A stretch of DNA of 64,000 nt from Nanobdellota archaeon. GTDB taxonomy: Archaea; Nanobdellota; Nanobdellia; Pacearchaeales; GW2011-AR1. A program made the translations under genes and the position numbers. The stretch is from positions 1-64,000 of the forward strand of contig JBBSXC010000003.1 in assembly GCA_038045945.1 (NCBI GenBank), read 5' to 3'. Positions 20,911 through 30,883 of the stretch are shown here, in pieces. The first letter of the stretch is position 1; each line of letters begins with the position of its first letter. The notes beneath the pieces are model-generated. The model searched no databases and was not told the DNA's origin. It saw only the letters and a list, made by a program, of their open reading frames with translations.

Positions 20911-21543
20911 CTTTTTTAGTTCTTCGCTAACATTCACATAATCTTCTATCATTGAATGCCATTGGTCCCCGCTCATCTTGTAACCAATAATTTCACTATG
21001 AGGATAAATATGATCTCCTGGAAGTGTTTGAGTTCTTAAGGCTTCACGATCCATTAGTGCAGAAGGCCAATTAAATCTTTTATTAGCAGCATCAAAAGCA
21101 CGCCACTCACTAGAAACTGATCCATCAGTTGAATCGTGATTATCAACTAATAATTCTAAAAACATGTGTTTACCATGACTAATAAATCCGTCAGCAGTTC
21201 TCATCTCACATCTAACCAAACGAATCTTATCATAAGGCACACCCCTATAAACTAACCAATCTCTCCACTCCTGAGACATGTCTTTACAAACATGTTTTCC
21301 CTTAACATAACTTTTACTTATAGCATCAAAAACCTGGCTGTACACCTCAGGAAATTCTTTCCTAGCCTTACCTGCACTAAAAGTTTTTTCAGCTAAAGAG
21401 ATCTTATCTAACTCTTCAGAACTCAAACGATACCTAAAGTAATCTTCTATCTTCAAATAACTAAAGAATCCTGTAGCAAAAACTGCTCCTAAAGCCGCCA
21501 ATCTAGACGGTTTAAACTTATCTTTATTTTTTTCTCCGGTCAT
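20896..21543 (-). CDS. membrane-anchored transglutaminase-like protein
   Basis: Putative Cys-His-Asp triad (VCKD, KHMFLE, FDAA); N-terminal TM. Confidence 0.55.
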   Translation of the reverse strand: MTGEKNKDKFKPSRLAALGAVFATGFFSYLKIEDYFRYRLSSEELDKISLAEKTFSAGKARKEFPEVYSQVFDAISKSYVKGKHVCKDMSQEWRDWLVYRGVPYDKIRLVRCEMRTADGFISHGKHMFLELLVDNHDSTDGSVSSEWRAFDAANKRFNWPSALMDREALRTQTLPGDHIYPHSEIIGYKMSGDQWHSMIEDYVNVSEELKKLSKK

Positions 21544-22835
21544 AGTTCATGATACCTCTCAATTCTGCTAGGGCGATAAAAGATCATGAATATTAACCAA
21601 GCAACAAAAGTAATAGCGAAAGACATAACAATAGGGAAATTAGGGTGGTAAGCAACGACAAACCCGCCAATAATTGGAGGAATAGCAGTACCTAAAGCCT
21701 GCATAGACTGACTAATACCCATAACTTCTCCCTGAGACTCATCATCAGAAAGATCAGAAATCAAAGAATTATAAGTGGGAAGAGTAAGACCAATAAACAA
21801 ACTAATAATAGGCATAACCCAATAAAGAAAATAAGGCTGAGAAGGAATAACAAAAAGAGCATAAGATAAAGAAAAACAAACAATTGAGAAAGAAAGAATT
21901 TTTCTAGAACTAAACTTTTTAGAAACCCACCTAAGAACAAAACCCTGACTAATAATCAACCAAAAACCAGCATAAGCAAAAAAAAGTCCAGACATCCTCT
22001 CAGAATAATGAAACTTCTCAATAAGAAATAACGGAAGAAAATGAACAAAGAAAGTAAAACCTAAAGTAATAAAGAAAACAACAATAAACATAGTACGAAG
22101 ATTCTTCAAAGAAAAGGCACGAATAATGTTCTTACAACCAGTAAGAAGGCTAATAGGAGAATCAATACGCTTCTTCAAAGTCTCAGGGAAAAACATAAGC
22201 ATCATTATCATATTAATAAAAGTAAGAACGGCACCAAAAAGGAAAGGGGTAGCATGAGTAAACCAAGGAAGAATGGTATTATCAGAAAGAACAAAACCTA
22301 AAATTGGGCCAACAACAAAACCTAAACCATAAGCAGCACCAACAAGACCAAAGTTTTTAGTCTTAGTCTTAGGAGTACTAAGATCAGCCATAGATGAAAG
22401 AGCAACAGAGATAGCACCAGCAGTAAAACCCTCAATAACCCTACTAATAAACAACAATTCCAAACTACCAAAAATAAGTCCGTAACTAAAAAGAACAAAA
22501 CCAATAAGGCATCCGCCTAAAGAAATAAATAAAACTCTCTTCCTACCATACCTATCAGAAAGAGCACCGAGTAAGGGACTCCCAAAAAACTGAGCTATAG
22601 GGTAAGCACTAAGAAGCAAACCAAGAAGTATAGTACGAGTAGCATAAGGAACGGAAGAAGCAAGAATAGTAGTAGACTTATCTAAAAAGATTGGAGCAAG
22701 GATGGGGGCAATTAGGGTAAGACCTAAAACATCTAAAAAAACTATAAATAAAATAGTAATTAAAGTAGATCTTGGAATCATACCACTAAGAGGTTTAGAG
22801 ATTTTATTATTACCAAAAACCATCAAAAATAACAC
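21540..22835 (-). CDS. MFS transporter, TetA/DHA1-like
   Basis: GALSDRYGRKRV motif A, GFVVGPILG motif C, about 12 TMs. Confidence 0.92.
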   Translation of the reverse strand: MLFLMVFGNNKISKPLSGMIPRSTLITILFIVFLDVLGLTLIAPILAPIFLDKSTTILASSVPYATRTILLGLLLSAYPIAQFFGSPLLGALSDRYGRKRVLFISLGGCLIGFVLFSYGLIFGSLELLFISRVIEGFTAGAISVALSSMADLSTPKTKTKNFGLVGAAYGLGFVVGPILGFVLSDNTILPWFTHATPFLFGAVLTFINMIMMLMFFPETLKKRIDSPISLLTGCKNIIRAFSLKNLRTMFIVVFFITLGFTFFVHFLPLFLIEKFHYSERMSGLFFAYAGFWLIISQGFVLRWVSKKFSSRKILSFSIVCFSLSYALFVIPSQPYFLYWVMPIISLFIGLTLPTYNSLISDLSDDESQGEVMGISQSMQALGTAIPPIIGGFVVAYHPNFPIVMSFAITFVAWLIFMIFYRPSRIERYHEL

Positions 22836-22928
22836 TCAAATCGGCTTTAAAAAGGCGAGGTTTTAAAGACAAAAGAGAAGAAAATACTGATTCATAAAAC
22901 TTAAAAAGAATGAAAAAAGATAAATAAA

Positions 22929-23408
22929 ATGGTGAACAGTAACCTAAAGGTCACAAGTAAAAAATTGTTAGCAACAATCATAATACTACTAGTGGGAATA
23001 TCAATAATCTTCATAACAATAAGCCTAAACAAAGAAGAAACAAGTAATAACGAACAAGAAATAGGAACAAACATAGCAGTTAACACAAACAACCAATTAA
23101 TAAGCCAAAAAACAAATACTAGCACAAACAATTCGACTAACCAAACAGCAAAAAAAATAACTGCAGAAGAATTAGCAAAACACGACAGTGAAGAAGACTG
23201 CTGGGTAGGATACGACGGAAAAGTTTACGACATAACAGAATTCTTACCAAACCACCCGGGAACAGCATCAAAAATAGCACCACATTGCGGAACAGAAAAA
23301 GAATTCACAAAACAATTCACAATACAACACGGAACATCACAAGTAAAAAGATTAATGAGAGTAGGACAACTAATGGGAGACTTTGAAATAAAAGGAACAA
23401 TAGCCTAA
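22929..23408 (+). CDS. membrane-anchored cytochrome b5-like heme-binding protein
   Basis: ELAKHDSEEDCW...VYDITEFL..HPG...QHG. Confidence 0.9.
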   Translation: MVNSNLKVTSKKLLATIIILLVGISIIFITISLNKEETSNNEQEIGTNIAVNTNNQLISQKTNTSTNNSTNQTAKKITAEELAKHDSEEDCWVGYDGKVYDITEFLPNHPGTASKIAPHCGTEKEFTKQFTIQHGTSQVKRLMRVGQLMGDFEIKGTIA

Positions 23409-23422
23409 AGGCCACAAACATC

Positions 23423-23845
23423 ATGAAATTAAACAACGAAAAAACACAAGAAATAGGAAAATTATTATTAAGAATAGGAATATCACTACTATTCATATGG
23501 TTTGGAATATCACAACTAGCAAACCCTAACCATTGGTTAGGGTTCCTACCAGCATGGACAAACAACCTACCAATAACGCAGGTCACATTCGTATACCTAA
23601 ACGGGTCAGCAGAAATAATATTAGCATTATTCTTAATAGCAGGATTATACACAAGAACAGCAGCAATAATACTAGCACTACACTTACTAGGAATAGCATT
23701 ATCAATGAGTTATTCACCAACAATGATAAGAGACCTGGGACTAGCAATAGCAACAGGAGCAATATTCCTAAACGGACCAGACAAATACACACTAGACAAA
23801 AAGCTAAGCGGCAGCCAAGAATTGTACCAAAATACAAGTTTTTGA
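23423..23845 (+). CDS. DoxX family membrane protein
   Basis: LLRIGI..LF.WFG, E...G.YTR, RDLGL, G...Y.LD. Confidence 0.85.
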   Translation: MKLNNEKTQEIGKLLLRIGISLLFIWFGISQLANPNHWLGFLPAWTNNLPITQVTFVYLNGSAEIILALFLIAGLYTRTAAIILALHLLGIALSMSYSPTMIRDLGLAIATGAIFLNGPDKYTLDKKLSGSQELYQNTSF

Positions 23846-23946
23846 TGATAAATAACCATTCAAGTACAAGAAGTTGTACTTCTAACAAATTTTACAGTTT
23901 TTTCTGGCAATAACTTTATATAGCATATTGACGATTATGAGTCATA

Positions 23947-24789
23947 ATGAACTTACACGAAAACATTGGTGATGCAGAACTAGTAACAAAAATTAAACTC
24001 AAAGGAACACTAAAAGCATTACCAGATTTCTACGTTAACAAAGAAGTTGCAGAATTCAAGAAGAAACACCCGAAAGCAGGACCTATGGAAGTATTCAAGG
24101 CAGTAAGAAAAAAACTACACGAATCATACGGAGCATACCAAAACAGAAAAAAAAGAAGAAGAACACTATACTTAGAAGAACTAAAATTAGCAAGAGAAGA
24201 AAACTGGGGAAAAGAAAAAAACAGTCCTGAAATGAAAGAAGTAAGAAGAAGAATGATAAGAACAAGCGTATCAGCAACAGAAAGACTAGAAGCAGACTAT
24301 AACTCAATTTATGAACCAATGCACAAAGAATTAGGAAAGTTCAAAACACTAATGGACTTAGGATGTGGAATAAACCCAGTATCATTCTGCCCATCTGATT
24401 ACAAAGAAGTAAAAATATACGCCTATGACATTGACAGTGGAGACATAGAATTCTTAAACAAATACTTCAAAATCATGGGGATGAACGGAGAAGCAAACGT
24501 ACTAGACCTGCACGACCTAGAAGCAGTAGACAAACTACCAAAAGTAGATGTTTGCTTATTATTCAAAATTATTGATCCACTAGAAAGAAGAGGACACGAA
24601 TTCTCAGAACAACTAATAAAAAGACTCAAAGCAAAACAAATAGTTGTAAGTTTCGCAACAAAAACCATTACAAGAAAAAGCATGAATCACCCTAACAGGG
24701 GATGGTTCGAACAAATGATAAAAAGGCTAGGAAAAACTTACAAAACAATTAAGACAAACAACGAAATATACTACGTCGTAAAGAACTAA
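23947..24789 (+). CDS. FmrO/ArmA/Rmt-like 16S rRNA methyltransferase homolog
   Basis: LHESYGAY, SATERL, DLGCGINP, AYDID, LLFK..D.LE, VVSF.TKT. Confidence 0.8.
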   Translation: MNLHENIGDAELVTKIKLKGTLKALPDFYVNKEVAEFKKKHPKAGPMEVFKAVRKKLHESYGAYQNRKKRRRTLYLEELKLAREENWGKEKNSPEMKEVRRRMIRTSVSATERLEADYNSIYEPMHKELGKFKTLMDLGCGINPVSFCPSDYKEVKIYAYDIDSGDIEFLNKYFKIMGMNGEANVLDLHDLEAVDKLPKVDVCLLFKIIDPLERRGHEFSEQLIKRLKAKQIVVSFATKTITRKSMNHPNRGWFEQMIKRLGKTYKTIKTNNEIYYVVKN

Positions 24790-24832
24790 GTTATGCAGAG
24801 GATTTTTAAACAAGATTAATCTTTAGACTACA

Positions 24833-25738
24833 ATGGCTTATTTTGATGGTGTTATCGAAGTGCTTAAAAAAGAGGGGCAAGTATTACAAGTACTAATAAT
24901 AGCATTAGCAATAATAATTGTTACTAACATCGTTCTTAAAAGAATTAAGACAAAAATGCTCAAAAGAGCTAACTCAAAAATACAGATTTCTAACATAAAA
25001 TTCTTCTTCAGAATAATACAAGTAGTAATAATATTCGTAATTGTAACGGTTGGAGTATTCTACTATTTTGGTTCATGGACGGGTCTAGGAGTATTCGCCG
25101 GACTAATAACTGCTGGTTTAGGATTCGCACTACAAAAACCCATAACTGGGATAGCAGCATGGCTAATAATAATCATAAAAAGACCATTCAACGTGGGCGA
25201 CAGAATAAGAATAGGAACAATGAGAGGGGAAGTTTATGACATAACACTAACACACTTGTACCTAGACGAAATTGGTGGTGACGTGGACACAGAAGACTAC
25301 TCAGGAAGAAACATAATAGTACCTAACCACTTACTCTTTGAAAATAACATCATAAACTACACACTAGTAGATGATTTCGTCCTAGGAGAAGTACCGGTGA
25401 GCGTAACTTACGAAAGCGATATTATAGAAGCAAAAAAAATTATTGAGGAAGCAACAAAAAAGTATGCTGATGAGTTCTCACTAAAGGGTAAAAGAGAAAT
25501 AAAACTAAGAGTATTCATGGAAGCCAGCAGCATAACAATAAGAGCAAGATTTTACGCTCACGTCAAAACAATATCTAAAGTTAAAAGCGACATAACAGAA
25601 GAAGTATACAACAAAATTAAAGAGAGTGGAAAAGTAGATATTGCTTACCCTCACACACACTTCATTATGAAAAATAGCCTAAAGGCCACAAGCGAAAAGG
25701 GGGATGAAAACCCTTTAGGAAATAATAAAAAACAATAA
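24833..25738 (+). CDS. mscS: small-conductance mechanosensitive channel
   Basis: GLGFALQ, RPFNVGDRI.I....GEV, VPN, IAYP. Confidence 0.9.
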   Translation: MAYFDGVIEVLKKEGQVLQVLIIALAIIIVTNIVLKRIKTKMLKRANSKIQISNIKFFFRIIQVVIIFVIVTVGVFYYFGSWTGLGVFAGLITAGLGFALQKPITGIAAWLIIIIKRPFNVGDRIRIGTMRGEVYDITLTHLYLDEIGGDVDTEDYSGRNIIVPNHLLFENNIINYTLVDDFVLGEVPVSVTYESDIIEAKKIIEEATKKYADEFSLKGKREIKLRVFMEASSITIRARFYAHVKTISKVKSDITEEVYNKIKESGKVDIAYPHTHFIMKNSLKATSEKGDENPLGNNKKQ

Positions 25739-26349
25739 TGGCAGAATACGAATTCATAACAGAAAACTCTCACTGGCACAAAATAATAACTTTAACAACA
25801 CTAATAGCACTATTCCTAATAATACTAATAATAAGCGTTTTTTTCGCAAACTTCTTCTACTCTCTAATTATAGGGATACCATTCACTTCGCAAATAATCA
25901 GCTCAATAAAAGATAACATCACCGGAGCAACACTAAAAGGATTATTCTACGCACACTTCATTGGAGGAATATTCGTAATACCATCACCTGACGAAGTAAT
26001 ATTCTACTACGCACTAATAAAAGGAAACCCGTACTTATTATCACTATTAGCAGCTGTTGCTGGTTACATGTTAGCACAAGTAATAAACTACTTTTTAGGG
26101 AAAAAACTAAGCAACATAATACTACAATTAGTATCCAAAAAGAAGGTTTATAGCTCAAGAAGATTAGCAAACAGGTACGGGGCATGGGGAGTATTCATAT
26201 TCAACCTATTACCGCTACCAGCACCCCTACTAACATTCGCCCTCGGAATAGCAAAATACAACTTCACAAGACTATTCCTACTAACACTAGCGGGAAAAGT
26301 AACAAAGTATTTAGTACTAATAGGCATCCACGCACTAACACAAAGATAA
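25738..26349 (+). CDS. DedA/VTT-domain membrane protein
   Basis: PSPDE, NYFLG, RYG.W......LP.P, G...KY. Confidence 0.8.
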   Translation: MAEYEFITENSHWHKIITLTTLIALFLIILIISVFFANFFYSLIIGIPFTSQIISSIKDNITGATLKGLFYAHFIGGIFVIPSPDEVIFYYALIKGNPYLLSLLAAVAGYMLAQVINYFLGKKLSNIILQLVSKKKVYSSRRLANRYGAWGVFIFNLLPLPAPLLTFALGIAKYNFTRLFLLTLAGKVTKYLVLIGIHALTQR

Positions 26350-26389
26350 ACAAGAAGGATTAATATACTGCAGAAACATAAAAAATACT

Positions 26390-26872
26390 ATGAATGAACT
26401 ACAAGTAATAAGAAAAGAAGAATCTTTAGAAGACACAATAAACATTAGCAGAGTGCTAGGTAAACACGCTGTTTCTAAAGGAGGAACAATAATAGGAAGA
26501 GTAAATCAGATAAGAATAAATAAAGAAACTTCCGAAATTGAGGGAGTTGTCATAAGCAGGGGATTATTCAAAAAACCCGTATATGTTGGAAGATCATACT
26601 TTGACACAATATCACACGAAGCAATAATACTTAACGTAGAATTATCATTATTATTAAGGGGGAAAAAAGTAATAACTCTGGATGGGAAAGTTATTGGAAG
26701 CGTAACAAAAATAAACCGTAAAGGAAACACTAACGACTTTGACAGCATAATAGTAAGGTCGCTATGGAAAAAGTTCTTAATACCTAAGGGCGAAATAAAA
26801 GAAATGAGCAGTTCAGTAATCCTAGAGTACAAATATGATGAATCAAAAAAGTATCTCTGGAAAGGCGATTGA
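26390..26872 (+). CDS. tandem PRC-barrel protein
   Basis: Two GK.V....G..IG.V repeats. Confidence 0.85.
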   Translation: MNELQVIRKEESLEDTINISRVLGKHAVSKGGTIIGRVNQIRINKETSEIEGVVISRGLFKKPVYVGRSYFDTISHEAIILNVELSLLLRGKKVITLDGKVIGSVTKINRKGNTNDFDSIIVRSLWKKFLIPKGEIKEMSSSVILEYKYDESKKYLWKGD

Positions 26873-27311
26873 GAAAACAATAACATCAGAAGAAATATTA
26901 GGTAAGGATGTCATAGACATTGACGGAAGCAATATCGGTGTTGTTGAAAAAGTACTAATTGACCCTAAAAGTCTGGATTTTGTAGGCATATCAATAGATA
27001 AAGGGTTTCTTAAAAGAGGATTAACGCTTGGGGAAAACTACATTGACCAAGTAACAGACCACGCAGTCCTACTAAAAATTCGTGTTGCTTACGAAGTAAA
27101 AGGAAAAAACGTTTTTGATAAAGATGGAAAAATAATAGGGATTGTTACATCAATTGATCTTGAAGGAGAAAAAAACATTATCTCAAGCATTAACGTAAAA
27201 TCAGGATTCTTAACAGTTGGAAAAGAATTAAGCATCCCTGCAGGATACATAAAAGCAATAGGAGAAGGAGTAATGCTAACAATAAAAAAAGAAGAAATAA
27301 AGAAAGAATAA
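26835..27311 (+). CDS. tandem PRC-barrel protein
   Basis: LGKDVID.DG..IG.V and GK.VFDKDGK.IG.V repeats. Confidence 0.85.
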   Translation: MMNQKSISGKAIEKTITSEEILGKDVIDIDGSNIGVVEKVLIDPKSLDFVGISIDKGFLKRGLTLGENYIDQVTDHAVLLKIRVAYEVKGKNVFDKDGKIIGIVTSIDLEGEKNIISSINVKSGFLTVGKELSIPAGYIKAIGEGVMLTIKKEEIKKE

Positions 27312-27313
27312 AA

Positions 27314-27562
27314 CTATTTGTAAGCGTTCTTTCTATGTTTAACACTTAAAATTAATACCACTAATTTGTCATGATAAAGGTCAAGCATCAATCTATAATT
27401 TCCAATTCTTAATTTATATCCTGATTCGCCCACTAGTTTTTCTAAGAAATGTTCTGGTCTTATTTTTATTCTTTCTAAACCTGAACTAATTTGCTCTTGG
27501 GCAGTTTTATCTAATTTGAAAAATTGTCTTTCTGCATTCTGGGAGAATTCTATCTTATACAT
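27314..27562 (-). CDS. relE: RelE/ParE family toxin
   Basis: YKIEFS..A, YKLRIGNYR, V.HRKNAY. Confidence 0.9.
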   Translation of the reverse strand: MYKIEFSQNAERQFFKLDKTAQEQISSGLERIKIRPEHFLEKLVGESGYKLRIGNYRLMLDLYHDKLVVLILSVKHRKNAYK

Positions 27563-27779
27563 TCAGCTTTAATTCCTTCTTAATATCTTCAAAATTACGG
27601 AATTTACCCTCTTTATACTGTTTCCTTGACAGTTCCATCTCTCTTTTTACTTCATCCGATAATTCCATTCTATCTTCTAACAAATCCCAAATTAGGTTTT
27701 CATAACTTTCTTTAGAATGTATTTTCATACTTTTGAGCTTAGCGAGCAGCTCATTACTTATCTGTATGGTTGTATCCAT
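27555..27779 (-). CDS. RHH-type antitoxin
   Basis: MDTTIQIS..L...L..MK....ESYE..I; overlaps the relE start. Confidence 0.85.
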   Translation of the reverse strand: MDTTIQISNELLAKLKSMKIHSKESYENLIWDLLEDRMELSDEVKREMELSRKQYKEGKFRNFEDIKKELKLNV

Positions 27780-27862
27780 ATTAAGTATATAACTAGCTAT
27801 AGTATATAAACTTTTCTTAATATTAAAGTTTTTTCGTTAAGCTTTTAAACCGCCTTTTTCTC

Positions 27863-28252
27863 ATGATTTTCCTTATGAATAATCATTATGATGCAGTTAG
27901 AGCAGGTGCACAAGCATTAGCTAATGCTCTTGAAGGCATTACTGATTTTAGAGGGGTTTCTGACAGATTCTTCTTAAAACGCATCAATGACCGTGAAATT
28001 AATGCTACTACTCTTTATGGCGGTCCCTCTACTGACGCACACCTTTCTCATTCTAGCGGCAAATTATCATTAACTATTCCTCAATTTAGGGATCCTATTA
28101 TTGATGTTCACTTACCTGCTGACCACTTTGAAGTACCTGAAGGTTACGAAGTTGTTGGAAGAAACGGAACATTACACCTAAGAACAACTGCTAAGTCTAT
28201 AGAAGCACTACAAGAAGAAATAAGAAAAATAACAAGAATAAGAAGAGATTAA
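27863..28252 (+). CDS. hypothetical protein
   Basis: 129-aa ORF convergent with the cargo operon. Confidence 0.6.
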   Translation: MIFLMNNHYDAVRAGAQALANALEGITDFRGVSDRFFLKRINDREINATTLYGGPSTDAHLSHSSGKLSLTIPQFRDPIIDVHLPADHFEVPEGYEVVGRNGTLHLRTTAKSIEALQEEIRKITRIRRD

Positions 28253-28830
28253 TCCCTCACCCTATCTTCTGTATTAATCTCATAACTAGCATGTGGTAAG
28301 TGATACACTGGACTACTTGTTGAAAGTCTTAATGCTAACTCAATATCGTATCCGCTTTTCTTCAAGTCTTCACGATTTGGGGGCATTTGCTCGACCAATT
28401 CTCTAATACTCCTAACTGTTCTAACCTTAACGATGTTACATAAAGAACTACTACAGTCTCCCCTATAAGAAAATAATGCAACTTCTCCACCATACCGATA
28501 AACCTCTACGTATCGATCATCAATTCCCTGCTGAAAAACAAAGTTATCCTTATCAGTCTGATTATAAACAATTATTTCTTTTGAGTGAGGACCCCTAAAA
28601 AGGATTAGCTCATTGTTATCTAAAAAAATACTCATCTTAGGATTACTTTCCTTAACTGCCTCAAATCTAGTCGGGCCTGTAAAAAACATCATACCTTGGC
28701 CTTCCAAAGTCTTATTCATCCTTATAGCAAAAATATCCAAGGGCCTTACTGAAGAACAATCCATCGCTTCACTAACATCATAACCTCGAGAACTAAGATC
28801 TTCTAGCGGTGAAGGGATTGAAGTAGTCAT
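28249..28830 (-). CDS. hypothetical protein (last gene of the coupled cargo array)
   Basis: GGAGG SD with ATGA overlap; starts MTTS. Confidence 0.75.
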   Translation of the reverse strand: MTTSIPSPLEDLSSRGYDVSEAMDCSSVRPLDIFAIRMNKTLEGQGMMFFTGPTRFEAVKESNPKMSIFLDNNELILFRGPHSKEIIVYNQTDKDNFVFQQGIDDRYVEVYRYGGEVALFSYRGDCSSSLCNIVKVRTVRSIRELVEQMPPNREDLKKSGYDIELALRLSTSSPVYHLPHASYEINTEDRVRD

Positions 28831-29327
28831 TCTATCCTCCTTGTCAACCTAACCAGTTGGGAATCAATTATCTCCATCGTTTTTATATTGCTCATTGGCA
28901 TAGTCCTCATTCTAGAATGCTGAAAATCCAATGACGGAGCAAAAGCCCCCTTGCCTAGAACTTGGGAATCACTAATTACTAAACTTTCATCATTATGACT
29001 TCTATAGAACCCTGCTGCTCTAACATCATTATATATGTGTTCAGCATCCCAAGAGAGTGTTCCATAATATTGTACTAACAATAAGTCTCCCTCATTAACC
29101 TTTGATAAAACTAATCTGGGCTTATACTTTTCTGATTCTAATTCGTCCTGAACTTTCCAATCATTCAGGCCGTAAGCATGCATCTTCTCCCACAAATTCT
29201 TCCTTGATAAGCCTAGAACCGCTGCTGCTTCAGCTTTACGACCTTTAGTAAAAACTAAAGTATCCTTAATTGCTCTCTTTTCAACTTCGCGAACATAATC
29301 AGAAAGAGAACGAGGAAGAAAAGTCAT
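28827..29327 (-). CDS. Fis-type HTH (NtrC/bEBP C-terminal-like) fused to a domain paralogous to 30132..30482
   Basis: SLSDYVREVEKRAIKDTLVFTKGRKAEAAAVLGLSRKNLWEKMHAYGL; C-terminal EGD...Y...GFYR. Confidence 0.8.
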   Translation of the reverse strand: MTFLPRSLSDYVREVEKRAIKDTLVFTKGRKAEAAAVLGLSRKNLWEKMHAYGLNDWKVQDELESEKYKPRLVLSKVNEGDLLLVQYYGTLSWDAEHIYNDVRAAGFYRSHNDESLVISDSQVLGKGAFAPSLDFQHSRMRTMPMSNIKTMEIIDSQLVRLTRRIE

Positions 29328-29734
29328 TTTGTCTCTCCAGATTTTGATCTATCAATAATTTTTCTCAGAATATCCCTTACGTTATATGTCTCTCTTGAAA
29401 TATGTGCATCATTCATTCTTTTCCCAATTCTACCAAAGAGAGAACTAATCTTCTTTCTGTCATCTTCACTTATATCTTTATGAAATTCCACTGAAGGGTC
29501 ATACTTCAAATCCTCATTTAATGGGATGGCATAATTATCAAAACCTAAGCCGTAACCTAATGGTGACTCGTTGTAGTATCTAGTAACATAAAAATTTAAA
29601 CCACTAACCCTTGAAAAAAGCCTATCTTTACCAAGGCTGAGAGTCTGTGGAGAAGTATGAAACTTTAACCAAAAATCAGTAGGAATCTTATCAACAAATT
29701 CAATAACGTCATCAAGGGAAATATTAGAAGTCAT
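29324..29734 (-). CDS. hypothetical protein (array family A)
   Basis: SD+ATGA junction; DKIP...W and LF.RI pattern shared with 29731 and 30479. Confidence 0.75.
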   Translation of the reverse strand: MTSNISLDDVIEFVDKIPTDFWLKFHTSPQTLSLGKDRLFSRVSGLNFYVTRYYNESPLGYGLGFDNYAIPLNEDLKYDPSVEFHKDISEDDRKKISSLFGRIGKRMNDAHISRETYNVRDILRKIIDRSKSGETK

Positions 29735-30135
29735 TTTGAGTCCTCCACGAATCTTTCTAAATCGGACATTATAGCTTCACGATCAGACCATTCTTCTGTT
29801 GTGATGCTCTTATCAGTTTCTAATTTTTTATAAAGTCTGTTTAATCTATCATTTATTCCTTGAACCTGTCCATCAGGGCTTCCACAATCTGCAGAATCTG
29901 CTTCAATGGTTTGTAATACATCCAAAAAATCCGTATGAACTATTTCGATTGTTTTTTCTTTTGCTAACAGGTCTTTCCCTTCCATTTCAACATACCTATG
30001 ATATATTTTAGCTCTAAATTTGTCATTAAGCTTAGCAACATAAACTCCCATCCCATAATTTACTCTTCTCCATTCCTGAACTGGAATAGAATCAAGCTTA
30101 TCTAACAACTTATACAAAAATTCGTAAGAAGTCAT
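29731..30135 (-). CDS. hypothetical protein (array family A)
   Basis: SD+ATGA junction; DSIP...W, LY.KL; ends EDSK. Confidence 0.75.
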   Translation of the reverse strand: MTSYEFLYKLLDKLDSIPVQEWRRVNYGMGVYVAKLNDKFRAKIYHRYVEMEGKDLLAKEKTIEIVHTDFLDVLQTIEADSADCGSPDGQVQGINDRLNRLYKKLETDKSITTEEWSDREAIMSDLERFVEDSK

Positions 30136-30482
30136 TTTCCACTCCTAAGATATCTTCTACCGCCTTCTTCACAAGCGTCACCTAACTCCTTCTCAATATC
30201 CTCTCTTCCTTTAATCTTTGTTATGTTAAGAACCCAATCAGTAAGAACTTGTTTAGAATTGCTACTATCTCTAAGTCCTGGATAAGATGTCCTTTTAACA
30301 GGGCTTTCATGAATATAGAATGAACTATTCCCTTCCCTATAAGGCCTATAAAAACCAACACTTATTTCAACACCAACTACTTTTCCTTCAATAATAGGAA
30401 AAGCATAAAGAGCCCTAACCTCGTCACCCTCAACCAAACCATCAAGAGTTTTCAAAACCTCATCCTTAGACTGAAAAGTCAT
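30132..30482 (-). CDS. hypothetical protein (array family B)
   Basis: EGD.V...Y...VGFYR; SD+ATGA junction. Confidence 0.75.
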   Translation of the reverse strand: MTFQSKDEVLKTLDGLVEGDEVRALYAFPIIEGKVVGVEISVGFYRPYREGNSSFYIHESPVKRTSYPGLRDSSNSKQVLTDWVLNITKIKGREDIEKELGDACEEGGRRYLRSGK

Positions 30483-30883
30483 TTTGAGTCCTCCAAGATA
30501 TCAAGTTTAGATAAGGATCTTTCTTTTTTTCTTAATGCTTGGATTTCACGTGTCTTTTCTTTGATTTTATCTTTAGACTCTTTTTTCCTTTCTAATTCTC
30601 GATATTTATGATTAATCTTTCTATAAAGATTTAAAAATTTATTATTGCTAAAACCAACAATATCCTCATTAATACTTTCATCGTCTAAAGTTGCTTCAAA
30701 TTTGTCACAATATAACCCATAAGACAACATTCTTACTTTTAAATTATTTATTTTAATTTCATACTCATAAGAATAAGGTCCTGCGGTTTCCTTAACCTGA
30801 TCAGTAAGCAATATCTTGCTTGCAGGTACTTCAAGCAACTTTCCCGCCAACTTATCAAAACTAACCTTTCTAAAAGAAGTCAT
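30479..30883 (-). CDS. hypothetical protein (array family A)
   Basis: EVP, LYRKI, coiled tail; ends EDSK. Confidence 0.75.
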   Translation of the reverse strand: MTSFRKVSFDKLAGKLLEVPASKILLTDQVKETAGPYSYEYEIKINNLKVRMLSYGLYCDKFEATLDDESINEDIVGFSNNKFLNLYRKINHKYRELERKKESKDKIKEKTREIQALRKKERSLSKLDILEDSK

